A stretch of 64,000 bases of DNA from Amoebidium appalachense (GCA_963693365.1 CAVNZM010000002.1:14045615-14109614), one strand, 5' to 3'; positions 1 to 36,319 are shown, counted from the first letter of the stretch. Notes: generated by a model not told the origin, from the letters alone. Translations and numbers: made by a program.

Positions 1-18
1 GAGAAGCACTTGGAGTGT

Positions 19-49
<31 letters not shown>

Positions 50-780
50 GGGGGGAAGGAAGGGGGTGCGGGGATTAGGCGCGCAAGGGGCAGTCATTGG
101 TTTGTCCCCCCCCCCCCCCCCCCCCCTCTTCCCCCCTTCCCCCAGGAAGATAGATTCTTTTCTATAGCTGCCCTTTATGTTGTGATCAACTCGGGGCAGA
201 CACATGAGGTCTACAGTGCGGTGATATCGAACCAAGTTGTTACAAAGCACGTTATGAATAATTTATCCACCTGTTGGTGTGTGTGGACGTGTACATGTTA
301 CTCTTGCACGCGAGGTAGGAATATGATTGGACGAGAGATTTAACTTGACTTTCAGTTATTTGCCTGCTCAAACCTCACACTATACATGTAGAACCGGTGA
401 ATACAGAAAGAGGTGTCTAGTAGTAAAATGCAATACATACAAAAGGTTGGGGATGATGTTTGGCGATCAAAAAGCCAGAGGGTAATTACGGAGTCCATTC
501 TTGCACAGAAAAACGAGACCGTGAAAGACAAAAAAAAAAATATCTAGTTGAATAATGCAATTTACGCGGACTCTTAAAGTGGGGATAACACGAAAAATGC
601 GATTCAGAAATCTGGCTGTACTGTAGTAGATGAATTTCTTTAAAATACAAGGAGTAAAACTGTTGCCCATTCAAAACCCAATGATACTGTTGCAAAGCGT
701 AATTTTCACAGCTAATTTTCAGAGTAAACGAAGGGATAACATAATCACTACCTAATGGCTAGTTGGAACATTTAGCTAAT

Positions 781-1510
781 TTACACGAAGACCATTTTTC
801 TCTTTTTCCACCCCGATTCATACAAGAAACCATCATTCGTGCGCATAAGCGTCGGGTCGTCATCCAATTTCGTTTTCGTTTCCGGTGCCATTAACCGAAT
901 CAACAAATCTTCACCGGTAAGACCCCGATTACCCGAAAATTCGGTCGATTCTTCGACAGTAAGAATAGCATTGTCCGACCACCCTTGCATAGTATCCCAC
1001 ACTGCAGCCCCCTTATCCGCCGTGTTTCCTTCAAATTTACCGGAAATCGTCACACGCCCCCCTGGAGAAGCCGATTGTTTGCGATTGCACCAGCACGATC
1101 GCCATGGCATGAATTTTCAATGAAATCACCATTTATGTTGACGGTTCCCTTTATCCATTTCAGCCATATTGCACCCCCACGCGCACCCTCGAACTCACCT
1201 GTGACTACATGTGGCCGCAGCTCTACACTGTTGCCGCGGAATTCCGTTTTATCGACAACCAAATTTCCCGTTTTTTCGATCATTTCCCAAAACATGGCAC
1301 CTCCACTCTGGCAGCGGTTGTTGATAAATCGCGAATTGGTGATCTGGGGTGCACGTGGGGGGGATGGAGGGGGAGGGGGGTTGTGGGTTTATTTTGGGCT
1401 TCACGTCTGACTAAGTCGACTAACAGCAATCAGAATCCTTTATGATCTACTTCCACAAGCTCGAAACCTTTCAACCCGGTAGCAGCCAAAAGAGACGGAC
1501 TGAGATCATG

Positions 1511-1581
<71 letters not shown>

Positions 1582-2960
1582 TATGTGTGTGTGTATATGT
1601 GTGTATGTGTGTGTGTGTGTGTGTGTGGGGGGGGGGGGGGCTGTGGGTGGGTGGGGGTGGGTGGGGGGAGAGCCGTGTGCGTGCGCAAGTGTGTGTTGAG
1701 AGGTGAGGAGGAGGTTGAGGTGTGTGTGGGTGCGTGGGTTGGGCGGGGGGGGGGGGGGGGGGGGGGGAGGGGGGGAGGGGGGAGGAGGGGGCAAGTGGGA
1801 GGGGAGGGGAGGGGGGGGAATGGGAGGGGGGAGGGGGAAGGGTGTCCGTGAACAGAAGGATTGAAGAGAAAGCTGTGGAAAGCACCCGAGGAGAAAAGCT
1901 TCAAGAGCGAGAGCTTGATATGAGGTCGGGCCTGGACAGGGTGTGTGTGTGTGTGTGTGTATGAACATGCATGTGTGCAAGGAATAAAGCTCGAAACCAA
2001 AATGAAAGGGGGAGGAGAGTGTATTGGATTCTCACCCTGATGGTGCCTGAGACGATATTCCCACCGAAAGCAGACCCCTCACCATGCCAGAAAGTATGTT
2101 CGTTTTGCGCAAATTCACAGTTGTCAACATTTATGTTGGCGTCCTCAGGAACGAACCGAACCCACACGGCGCCGCTCCCGTCGTACATTTCGTAAGATTC
2201 TGTGTCTACGCGATTTTTGGTGAACTTGCTGTTTCTGATCTCAATATTCCCGGCTTTTTCGATCCAGAAAACCGAACCCCCGCGGGCGTCAACTCGAAAC
2301 CCTGAAAAATTGCAATCTTTCACATACAAATCCGTGGATTCCGGGGTGGCAGGGTATTTTTCGATCACGTAATCTGTCCCTAGCTCTTTGGTCCGAATGA
2401 CAGAGCTGAAACCAGAACCCTCTTTCCTCCGAAAGTTCAAACCTTCTAACGAAATTCGCGTTTTGTCACCGGAAACCCGGAAAATCCCGCCTGCCTTCAT
2501 ATTCATGCTCGAGAATATCGTCGGTTTTTGCCCCTTTACACCGGTTTTTGCACTGCAATCCAAACTCCGGAACGTCAGGCTGTTTGCAATTGATATCTCA
2601 TTTGTGACGGTCGTGCTGTTCAAAACATAAATCACCGATCCTGGATCTGCAATCGCAACTGCCGATTGCAGATCGGGGTAGCAGGATTGGTTAGTGGCGA
2701 TAACCGCGCACGTGCATGGCTCAAATGCTCCCGAGGTGGCGATGGCAGTCGGCCCTGCTTTTTTTTTTAGTTTTTGTTTTGGAGGGGGGGGCGGAGGGTG
2801 GGGGGAAGGAAGGGGAGTGAGGGGAAAGGAGGTGGTGGGGGGAGGGGGGATAGGAGGAAGAAGGGGGGAGGGGGTTTAAGACATGAATGGAGAAACGTTA
2901 AGTACCGGCAAGGGGAAGGGGGGGGGGACGGGGGTGGGAGGGGGAGTGAAAGTTGAGGGT

Positions 2961-2995
<35 letters not shown>

Positions 2996-3104
2996 ACAGG
3001 TTGGTTTGTTTTCAACGAATCACCTCGTAAAACTGGTAGCCGAAATGTATGCGATGTAAACTGGAAAGAGAAAGATCTAAGAACAAGTAGGATATAGGAG
3101 AAAG

Positions 3105-3146
<42 letters not shown>

Positions 3147-3400
3147 AGCCAAAAAAAAACTCACACACGCACACTCACACGCACACACACTCACATGCAG
3201 GCACACACACCACGTTCACATTGCCAGAGACACTTGAAAAAACAATATGACCTACCCATGGATCTTATACCTTCCCCCCCCCTTATCCATTCTCTCCCCC
3301 TCAACCTCTTTCTCCACAATCCCCTCAATCACTCAACCTTCCAACCTAATTCCTCTCCAGCCCCTCCCCCCTCCCTTCCCCTTCCGCCCCCTGCCCCGTA

Positions 3401-3478
<78 letters not shown>

Positions 3479-4427
3479 CACTGTCCTCCCCCCCCCCCCC
3501 CCCCCCCCCCCCCTTCCCCCCCTCTCCCCGTCCCGGAAGTGAAGACACAGTATGTAACCTCTTCGGGCCGGCACTTATTGATTTGGCCGGCAGCGGGCCA
3601 GCTCTAAACAGCTGCCAGTAAATATCTCTATTGCTGCTCAAAATCGACAGAAAAAGCTCAATTAATTTGTAAAAATCGACAAATATATGTCTTACCTACA
3701 TATGTTTCTAAGAGGGCTTTGGGGAAATAACATTATTTCGTATCATTTTTTTATCTGTTTCGTGTTTCTGAAGTAACTGTCTAGGAAAACTTGCCGGTTT
3801 GAACAGGTTAAAAAAACATGATGCTACGAAAAGCCTAAGCACCGTATCATAAAGAGTATTTAGGTTCCAAACCTGGTGTTGCCGGTGCATTTCTGGTGGT
3901 CTGGACAGCTTTTGCCGGAAAATTTCCGACTTTGGTTGTTTGCCCATATATGGTCTGTTCGGCCTGCTGCTGATTGGTTGTCGCGTCTGATGATTGACTG
4001 AAGAGGACCACCGGCACCTGTGCACGTGTACCGTGAGTGCTTCTATCGAGGTTACGAGCTAATGAAGAAATGGGGTGTTGATTACGTGGCAACCCTTGAA
4101 AGAAAATGAATGACAAAAAGAAAATCGCAAACCTTCTAAACAGAAAAGGTTAGGGGAAATCTTGCACTGTCGGAAACAACTCTCTCGGACACCGAGACAC
4201 TGTCTTTACTGAACGATTTTTTTCTGCGCCTTGTCCAAAGTTCACTCTATTAGGGTGGTATATTGACGTGTGTGCTGCTTTGTTTGCTCGTGCCCCTACA
4301 CACGTGTCTGTTGTGTGCTTGGTATTGGTATCGCAGTGTGTGTGTGCTTGTGAGCTGGGGTGTGAGCGGACGCGTGTGTGCATGTGCATTTTCGTGTGCT
4401 CGTGTGCCCCCGTGCCTGTGCACTAGC

Positions 4428-4488
<61 letters not shown>

Positions 4489-4608
4489 CGCGCGTGCGTG
4501 CGCGCGCGTGTGTGTGTGCACGTATATGTGTTCAGCATATTGGGCATATCGTTGCCTGTCTCACGGTGTGCTACTGCAACAATGTGCGTGCGCGCCCGTG
4601 TGCGCCTT

Positions 4609-4640
<32 letters not shown>

Positions 4641-4795
4641 CCCGCGCGCGCGCGCGCGGGCCTGTGTGTTTTTGCATGCGTGTGTTTGACACTGTGCGTG
4701 TGTGTGGTGCGTGCATGGGTATGTGCATGGGTGTGTGTGGGTGTGTGCCGGTGCATGGGTGCGTGTGATGTTGCGTGCGTGTGGTTGCGTACGGT

Positions 4796-4845
<50 letters not shown>

Positions 4846-5752
4846 CATGTATGTGTGTGTGTGTGTATGTGTATGTGTGTGTGTATGCGTGCGTGTGTGT
4901 GTGTGTGTGTGTGTGCACGCGCGGGTGCACGTGCGCACGTGTGCCCACAGGTGTGTGTCACATTGCAGTAGCTTTAGTGCACTTGATACAAGAGCGGGTG
5001 TGCAGAGGTGACAGGTGTGCGGCAGGGGTAGGAAAGGGAGTCTTACCGCGATGGCTGTTGCAACGGCTGCCAACAGAACGGCAGCTGCGGCCAAAATGAG
5101 CACACGGCGGTATTTGTGCGGCAGTGGTTTGGTTCCAGCATCCTCCCCTGCTACTCACTAGTTTAGTTTACGCCTCTTAAACATTTGCGTACACTACTCA
5201 CGGATTTGTGCTTGTCGGGCAGTTTTTGATGATAAAATGATAATAATCTTTATCATAGAGAGAGGACTGGGCCGGGATATTATGCGTCGTGTCTGGGCTG
5301 AGCGTGCACAATCGTGCCAAGGCTCGTGTACACCAAGGCCTAGAAGGTTAGTGCAGCGCAAGCAGACTATGCAGCACGCCATGGATATATAATGTTATGG
5401 GGATGTGTGAAAGGAAACAATGAGCTGAGAACAATGAGGGTTGGTGGGGGATCACACGGCAGATTTGAAAACATTTCTAGTCCTTGTGCTCGAACATGCA
5501 AATTCAGAGTACCGTTTATCAGAAAACTGGATGCAAGCCTATATATGTAAGAAATAATGAATGTCAGTGGCATATCGTCTATACATTTAAGGAATAAAAT
5601 TTGCCATTAAAAAAAAGACATGCTGAATCCAAGGAAGCGACAAAAGCACCTGTTAACACCATGCCAAGTCATTCCTCATGATTACCTGGGCTAGAGGCAA
5701 TGATATTGGTGCACGTGGTCGTGTGCGTTTCGCCGTCGACGTCAGCAGACAT
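781..5752 (-). CDS. Membrane-anchored (type II-like) extracellular protein with right-handed beta-helix / polymorphic-membrane-protein-like repeats; 5 inferred exons, one apparent frameshift
   Basis: Phase-compatible GT-AG exons 5752-5686 ([22 protein letters not shown]), 5147-5047 (hydrophobic [21 protein letters not shown]), 4017-3873, 2754-2036 and 1343-781 (stop TAA). Repeated GGS/GGA(I/V/M)W and FxxN motifs (GGSVFW..FTKN, GAVWV..FAQN, GGAIW..FIEN, GAAVW..FSGN). The frame shifts in a C6 run at 1057-1062. Extra small exons between 2755 and 3872 are not excluded. Confidence 0.7.
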
Positions 5753-8050
5753 CTTCACCATCACACCAACCATGTGCACGTGTATGTGTTACGTTCTTGT
5801 TTTTCGGTGTTGAAGCTTAGAAGTCCAGGTGGAGACTATTGTTTTGGCGAAAACCAGCCAGATAAAACTCACGAAAAAATCAGTTTCACGTAGACTAATA
5901 AGGTTTTGGCGGGGTAGTTCCGGATTAAATCTGGACTGCGTTTTGTTTGTTTGTGGCTCACAGGAGATGCATGGTGCAACCCGTACATGTGCCTGTTGGA
6001 ATCCGTATTCGTGAAGAAGCCAGTTTGGCCAACGTTTGCTTCTTGCGGGTCCTGCAGCCTATCACATCAACACACGTACTGAATGCAGTCTCTGAGACTT
6101 AGATCATCACAAGTATTTATTCATCTTATTGGGGCTGGTGATTGGCCGGAACACAAGTAGATGAACCAATCAAAAACCAACGAGAATAAAATTGTGAGAA
6201 AGAAATGGGTTCACGTTTTTAAGTGGATATGTGTAGCGCTAGGATGGAAGCTAGAGAGTGTAAGTGTGGAAAGTCAGGAAGGGGAAGGAAAGACACGAAG
6301 TTGGCATGGTATAGAACTGAAGGCAACATGCCTGTCGATTCGTCTTTATAGTTGTGTTTGTGACTGGGAGGATCGTGACTTAGCGGATTCCTGATGTATA
6401 TGCCTGACCGTGATCTGGAGTGACTGATGACTAGTATATCTCTCAACTATCTCTATGCAAGTATATCTGCATCACAAAATGCCTGCCGTCTAATGATTGG
6501 CGCCAGTGGCGCCAGCTGGCCCAGCATGAAAAGGCCCTGATACACTGAAATAAATACTCTGCTATTTAGGTAGAAGGCCTTGCAAAGGCTTGCATGTGCA
6601 CCATGGCACATGTTCAGGGTACTGCAGCTGCCGTACATGTATAGTTGCATGTGTTCAGAATATACTCAATACGTAAGGGTGCATTTATTTGCGCGAGCAA
6701 TATGCATGCACATGCATATGTGCGTTTGTGGACGACTCGCTTGATCAATTGCACACTGCACGGGAATGATGTACACAAGGGGCGATTGCGGCCCTCGCGA
6801 TCGCCTAAATATGCACATGTGTGTGTTGCCATGTACCATAGCACGCCTTGCAAGGCTTGCATGTATCATACGCCGTGCACGTGGACTAATAATCATGACC
6901 GGCCGAGGCTCGCGCCTCGATCGCTCAGGCCGGATCATGCATCATATCCCCGACATCACGGCAGTCAGCAGCGTAGCGGCTCCGCAGGAAAATTTAAAAG
7001 ACACATGAACAGGCAGACCTTCAACAAGTCAAGTGAACTAAGGCCTATATACTCTCAGAGACATATGAGTTTCAGATTTCCCACACCTTTTAATATGAGT
7101 AGATACCCTGCATTTGCCACCGTGGTGCGCGAAGTACCAATCACAGCTGCTCACTCCTCTCAGCCAATCAGAAGGCGCTAATGCAACCGCGCCGCTGCGA
7201 GACCCCGTGAGAGTCGGGTCGGACTCGTCGTCTCGAACCAGCAGGTTGATTCGGAGTCGAGAAATCAAAAGGAAATGCATTACTATTACACCTACACCAC
7301 GTACATCAGTGCAACAAGAATACAAATTTTGGGTGTAGAAGTAGCAGAAATAACATGAAAACAATAATTAGAGCTGATTACGATATCTACAACAAAGAAT
7401 TGTTTTTATGGTACATGTACATCTTTTTCGATTCGGTTCGTCCTGTGTTTCTAATTTTCGATTCAGATAAACTCTGACTCGGCTCGAGAAAGGATACATC
7501 CAAGGCCGTGACAGTGTTTGGGAGTTTTACGTGAAAGAGAGCGGGTAAAAGCTACTAATATAAATACGTGATCACGAATAATAATGTGCTGAATCGCTTG
7601 ATTTTGAAATTATAACTTCTTTCAATATGAACATCGATTATGTAATGACCTTATGGAGAAGTGTTGTACACATAGGTTGATGTCACCAGGCCCTCCGACC
7701 TGTCAAAACTTTTGATTAGTATTGGCATCTAAAGAGCATGATAAATTGTCGTATTACATATTACAAATCCATAACATCCTGTCAAATCTTAGATACAAAC
7801 TAAATAGTCCAACTTTAACAGCTTAAACTAACGGTGTTGAGGAAAAGGTGCTAAAAAGGATCGCTTTCGCGGGTTTCTATTGGTTTCGTCAAGAGGAGTG
7901 TCAATTTTTTACCTTCCTAAAAAGGCACCTGGTTCTAATTACTGTGTCTTCGACTATAAAAACGTCTTCTTGCCGTTGTCTGACCTTCAGCCTCTAACCC
8001 TTTTACATACGTTGTTTCGTTTTTGCCCTGTGGGTATAACAAAGTAGAAG

Positions 8051-9166
8051 ATGTCTATTGCCGACTTCGTAGCAGACGTCCGTAATGATGAAACGGAGAC
8101 AAATTGGGCATGTTTTTCCATTGAGGGCAAAAACATCGTCCCCACCGAGAAGGGTTGTGGTGGGCGCGAGGAAATGCTAAAGCAGTGTGCCAACGACAAG
8201 GTTTGCTACTTCCTCCTGCGCACCATTATGGGCGACCAGGAGTCTAAGCGTACCAAATTCGTGTTTATCACCTGGGTTGGGCCCAATGTATCTGCACTTA
8301 CTAAGGGCAAAGCAAGTACCATGAAGGGTAACCTAGTGCCCCAGGTCGGTCAGTTCCACATTGAGGTGAGACATATGATCCCCTCCCCTCCCCCCCCCCC
8401 CCCTCCCCCCCTCTGCCCACCTAGTTCCTCTCCCCCTCCTCCAGCTCTCCATACTCTTCTGGAACTAACACCAGTACTGGTAGCATCTGCACACAGCACC
8501 CCTTTAAACCTTCTGCTTGTAGTACATGCCCATGGCCGATTGCAGATTGCACTCCAAATTATACAGCTAGAGATAAGAGGACTGCCCAAATCACCATTGC
8601 GAGTGATGACAAAGGATTTCATCCTTCTGCAAACACAAAACAATGCTGCAAATTTTTTTGGCCGTTGACCTCGTCCACCTCATTGAGTAAAACCAACTCA
8701 AGTTACTGCCTTTCGTTCTTCATACCAAAAATACTTTAGGTTAGCCGTTATAGTGTAGTATTGAATGCCCGTTATAGTGTAATATTGAATGCCATTGCAA
8801 AACTTAACACGTCGTTTGCAGATCACAACAGACGATGTCAAGGCTCTTAGCGAAGAGGACATCTACAAGCGGTTGAAGGTTGCCGGTGGCGCCGACTACG
8901 ACACCGGCTCCAACAAGGGAGGCACGTACAAGGGGGAGGGCGCAGGCAACATTAAGGCCAAGGCCCTTGAGAACTACCTGGCAAGGGAGAAGGAGTCCAA
9001 CATTGGCCCCGTGAAGTATGTTACTATGGCCCTGCCCAAGGTTACGCCTGTGGATCTGAAGGGCCGCCCAATGGTTGCGCCACCAACGGAGGCGATCAAG
9101 AACATGTCAGATAATGTTAATGACGTTGAAAAGTGGGCAAAGAACTCTACTGCTAACACGGCCTGA
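8051..9166 (+). CDS. Coactosin-like ADF-H actin-binding protein with C-terminal extension (about 219 aa, 2 exons)
   Basis: Exon 8051-8365 (DVRNDETETNWACF...GDQESKRTKFVFITWVGPNV..KGKAS) spliced GTGAG...TGCAG to exon 8822-9166 (ITTDDVKALSEEDIYKRLKVAGGADYD). The motifs are typical of coactosin. Confidence 0.9.
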
Positions 9167-9370
9167 GTAGGCCGGCAAAGTGGGAGTGCGAGTGTGCAGT
9201 ATTTCTTTTCCTTTTTTTTTTTGCGAATTATGAAAGTTGCTCTTTACGCGCCTGTTTCGAACTAACACGGCCTGAGTAGGCCGGCAAAGTGGAAGTGCGA
9301 GTGTGCAGTGTTTCTTTTCCCTTTTTTTTTTTGAAATTATGAAAGTTGTTCTTTGCGCGCCTGTTTCGAA
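9153..9370 (+). repeat. Tandem duplication of 109 bp covering the coactosin stop codon and proximal 3' UTR
   Basis: CTAACACGGCCTGAGTAGGCCGGCAAAGTG...CGCGCCTGTTTCGAA at 9153-9261 and 9262-9370, with a few substitutions. Confidence 0.9.
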
Positions 9371-10361
9371 TCATTCTCTAACTTTTCGCACGAATTCGAA
9401 AATATTTCCGCTTTTATCTGGCAGCACTATCAACCAATCTTATTTCAGGATCTCAACCAGGGTCGACATGTGGCTGTGCCACACGCAAGTTTGGAATGAA
9501 GGTTTTCTGATTCCCTTGCATTTGTATTCAATCAGTCTGCAAGAACTAGCTTACTGGCTTTGAATAAACGGATTGATCAACATAAGAAGTTTGGTACCCG
9601 GGAGTGTGTTATGCTTGTTCTTGAAATATGCCAGTGCTCGTGTTGGTTGTGATCGCTGAGATGATTCTTTCCCGTACGGGTTCGAAAGGAGTACCCCGGT
9701 ATGAATGCGTTGGGGGTAACGGAGCCCCCAGATCTCCCGGAGCCCCCAGATATCCCGATCGCGAACAAAGGTCAAGAATAACCATGCCTATAGCCGGCTC
9801 GATTTTTTTACCCTGCCGGAACGGATAGGCCCAGAATGTGATAACACCCTTTCTGTATTCAGCAGAAAGTCAGATTCGTGAAAGGACACCAATAAAGGGA
9901 GGGACCGTCGTTAGTGGGTTTCTTATTTTCAGCGCTGTGTTATGTGTGTGTGTATAGTTTCTGTTTGTGGGGTGCACAGTGTTAAGGTGCCGTTTACAAT
10001 TGCCCTCTCCTAACCGTGACACCTCTCCAGAACAACATACTCAAAAACACCTACGTAGGACTGCATGTATATGTGCAAAGAGACTCGTGTGCTCTGCGCC
10101 GGGGTCAGCCTAAGGCTGGGCAGAGCCAACACTGAGGTTGACTGACATAAATTGCAGCAATGAATGAAACAAACTACTAACAAAAATTAGAACAGTTTAA
10201 TTACAACTTCTGGTTGGATAAAAGTTACATTGTTGAATTTATGTTTGCGTTCATAGTATTACGTAACGGCTGTAAACTTCTTTGGAGTCGAACAGACTGC
10301 AGTTTCGTTTCTAGCTAGTGAAGTGTGGGAAAGGGTTGTGTAGGGTACAAAACTTGCAAAA

Positions 10362-33391
<23,030 letters not shown>

Positions 33392-33819
33392 TAGTGGCGG
33401 GTGGTGTGTGTGTGTGTGTGTGTCGTGGTGGTGGTTGGAGGGGGGGAGGGGGGGCTTTTTCTTTTTCCTTTTTTCTTTTTATTTTCCTTTATTGTTATTC
33501 TAGGGAGGGGTGACCTTTTTCAGGATGTGGATACACTGAAATCCCATTTCCACATGTGTAAATCGTAACAACGGAAAATGAAGTCTCCTTAATACCAGAA
33601 ACTCTTTTGTGAAGTATTGATTTATCGATCTTCTCTATGCAGGATAATTAAACGTGCAGCATGTCTCTAACGGAGTGGTGGTGGTGGTAGTGGTGGGTGG
33701 TGTGTGCGCATGTGTGTTGTAGTGGTGGTGGTTTTTCTTTTTTCTATTTTTTTTATTTTTCTTTTTTTTTTTTTTAGCGGTGGCGGTGGTGGTGGTGGTG
33801 GTGGTGGTGGTGGTGGTGG

Positions 33820-33855
<36 letters not shown>

Positions 33856-34289
33856 TTAGGGGAGATAGAACACCCTGCTAATAGCATGTGAACTGATGTT
33901 TGGTGGTTTTAAACTACCCCCGACCCCCTCTCTCCATTCGCCTATCATGAGGAAAGCCTCCCCCCCCCCCCCCCCCCCCCCCTCCCCTTGCACACCCGGT
34001 TGGCTTAGCTGGGGAGGGAGGGGGGACGGGTAGAAGGGGGGGGGGGATCTTAGTCCAATTATTACTGCGATTCAATGGAAGAAAAAGAATTCAATATGCA
34101 TATCCTGAGATCAATGGCCTTTTGTCGAACGAATTTTTCTTCTGCCTTGCAATTAATTTGTTCAACTGATGCATAGTAGGAATCTTCTGGGATATCTGTG
34201 ATTGTCTGCCTCGTTTCGGAAGTTCATGGATTCGGAGTTCTAAGTCTTCATATCAGCCCCCCCCCCCCCCCCCCCCCCCCCCCCTCACG

Positions 34290-34333
<44 letters not shown>

Positions 34334-34352
34334 ACCACCACCACCGCCACCA

Positions 34353-34413
<61 letters not shown>

Positions 34414-34730
34414 GCTCATCCCCCCGGGGATGAAGTTCCTTGTTTGGCATCCTATTCCGGGGCCGGATCATCAGACCACTAGCTATGTCTTGCTTGTTTT
34501 TACATATTTCAAGCGTCAAGGGCGATTCAGCACTCCAGGCAATCATAACCCCATGTTAAAAAAATTCCGGCTTTGTACGTACCGTGGGCCTTGTTTGTCG
34601 TATCATGCCGAGGATGTCTGACTCTGCGAGTCCTCGTACTTTAACGTTTGTCTGAGGCTTCAAGAATACCTATGGATTCACGAAGAAACTTTAAGCGATT
34701 ATTAAAACGAGGGGTGCCACCTCGAGACAC

Positions 34731-36009
34731 AGTCGCGCCATGTCGGGCTCCCGATCACATCAAAACCATATGTGATCGGTGAACAAGCAGTATGATTCCT
34801 TAAAAATAGCAGTTAACTATCCAATAAGATCGCCACTCCGGGCTCATCAGATAAAATGCAACCAATCAAGATGCGTATTTTGCACATTCCTATTCTCTTA
34901 AATTTTAACACGCACAGGGCCATCGCGACCAGGCACAAAACACGACACGTGTTTCGTAAACGGCCGTGCGCCGCTGCATCCACACTCCACCACATTTACG
35001 CACAAGGGGCGGCATGCACACCATTGCATAGAGCCAAACGCTGGCAACATGGCCGTGTTTGAGCCGTTGCCGTAGGACTAGTACAACACGAGTTATTAGT
35101 TTTGCGACATGGGCACTTTGTCAGGAAAAACGAAATTTACTAAAGCGTCAAAAACTCTAGAAAAACATAAGAATACCAATAGGCCGCACGAACTTCATGC
35201 TGTCTTCTTCCACCATGACGAGCAGCACCAACACCCTGCTCTAGTGTCCTCTACCATGCCGAGCAGCACCAACACCCTGCTCTAGTGTCTTCTACCATGC
35301 CGAGCAGCACCATCACCCTGCTCTAGTGTCTTCTACCATGCCGAGCAGCACCATCACCCTGCTCTAGTGTCTTCTACCATGCCGAGCAGCACCAACACCC
35401 TGCTCTAGTGTCTTCTACCATGCCGAGCAGCACCAACACCCTGCTCTAGTGTCTTCTACCATGCCGAGCAGCACCAACACCCTGCTCTATTGTCTTCTAC
35501 CATGCCGAGCAGCACCAACACCCTGCTCTAGTGTCTTCTACCATGCCGAGCAGCACCAACACCCTGCTCTAGTCTTCTACCATGCCGAGCAGCACAAACA
35601 CACTGCTCTTCTTTCTTTCTTTTCCACCATGCAGAGCAGCACGAACACACTGCTTCGTCTTATTGTATTGTTTCTAACTTTCCGAACATTTTTTCTTGCT
35701 TATACCCTTTTATTTTCCCCCGGGTCACTCCTGGCTAGGTGTTGGTTGAAGTGAGTTTGCTCAATCCCCACTAGCGTGACTGCGGCAACCCCGTGGGCTA
35801 AGAATTGCCAGAATATGTAGTGACAGTCGGGATTATGTATCCTGACTTATAGTTGCACTATGTAGAGAGCACATTCGTGTGTCTACTGTGGAAGACGTTA
35901 GCTCCCCTTAGGCAGTGCCTCCGGGAGTGAAACGGGATAAAATAAAAAAAAAAAAAAAAATAAAAAAATAAAAAATAAAAAATAATAATAATAAAAAAAA
36001 AAATAAAAA
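34731..36009 (+). mobile_element. Non-autonomous non-LTR retroposon (about 1.28 kb) with internal VNTR and poly(A) tail
   Basis: The 13-bp direct repeat CACCTCGAGACAC flanks the insert at 34718-34730 and 36010-36022. An A-rich tail at about 35938-36009 sits immediately before the 3' copy. No RT or endonuclease ORF is visible. Confidence 0.8.
35200..35660 (+). repeat. 41-bp minisatellite, about 11 copies, each with a GAGCAG-N10-CTGCTC inverted repeat
   Basis: Unit TGTCTTCTACCATGCCGAGCAGCACCAACACCCTGCTCTAG with period 41 (e.g. 35245, 35286); terminal copies are degenerate. Confidence 0.95.
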
Positions 36010-36245
36010 CACCTCGAGACACCAAGGTTCGAGTGCGCACTGCCTGGGTAGGGGTGGTTCAAACCGAAATTTTCAATGCTTAGGGCCATTTGTGAGGAAG
36101 GCAAGAATAGATGCAAGGAAAAAAAAACCATCAAGATCATACCCCGTGGTCACATGTACATGATAATGATTCTTACTTTTTTGTGAGGTTGGGCAGCCTG
36201 GCAAGTGTGGCAGTAAAATGCACATAGAACTTGCACACACATGAC

Positions 36246-36319
<74 letters not shown>

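Noticed and set aside
3024-3060. Small candidate exon of the beta-helix gene
   Set aside because: Its phase is incompatible with the flanking exons, which join directly in phase 1.
7200-7495. Possible MITE with degenerate terminal inverted repeats
   Set aside because: The end similarity is too weak and no TSD is evident.
34820-34852. Minus-strand CTGATGA-GCC...GGC resembling a hammerhead ribozyme core
   Set aside because: It is followed by GATC rather than the required GAAA, and no convincing stems I/III are present.
35200-35660. 41-bp palindromic repeats as a CRISPR array
   Set aside because: Units are contiguous with no unique spacers, there are no cas genes, and the context is eukaryotic.
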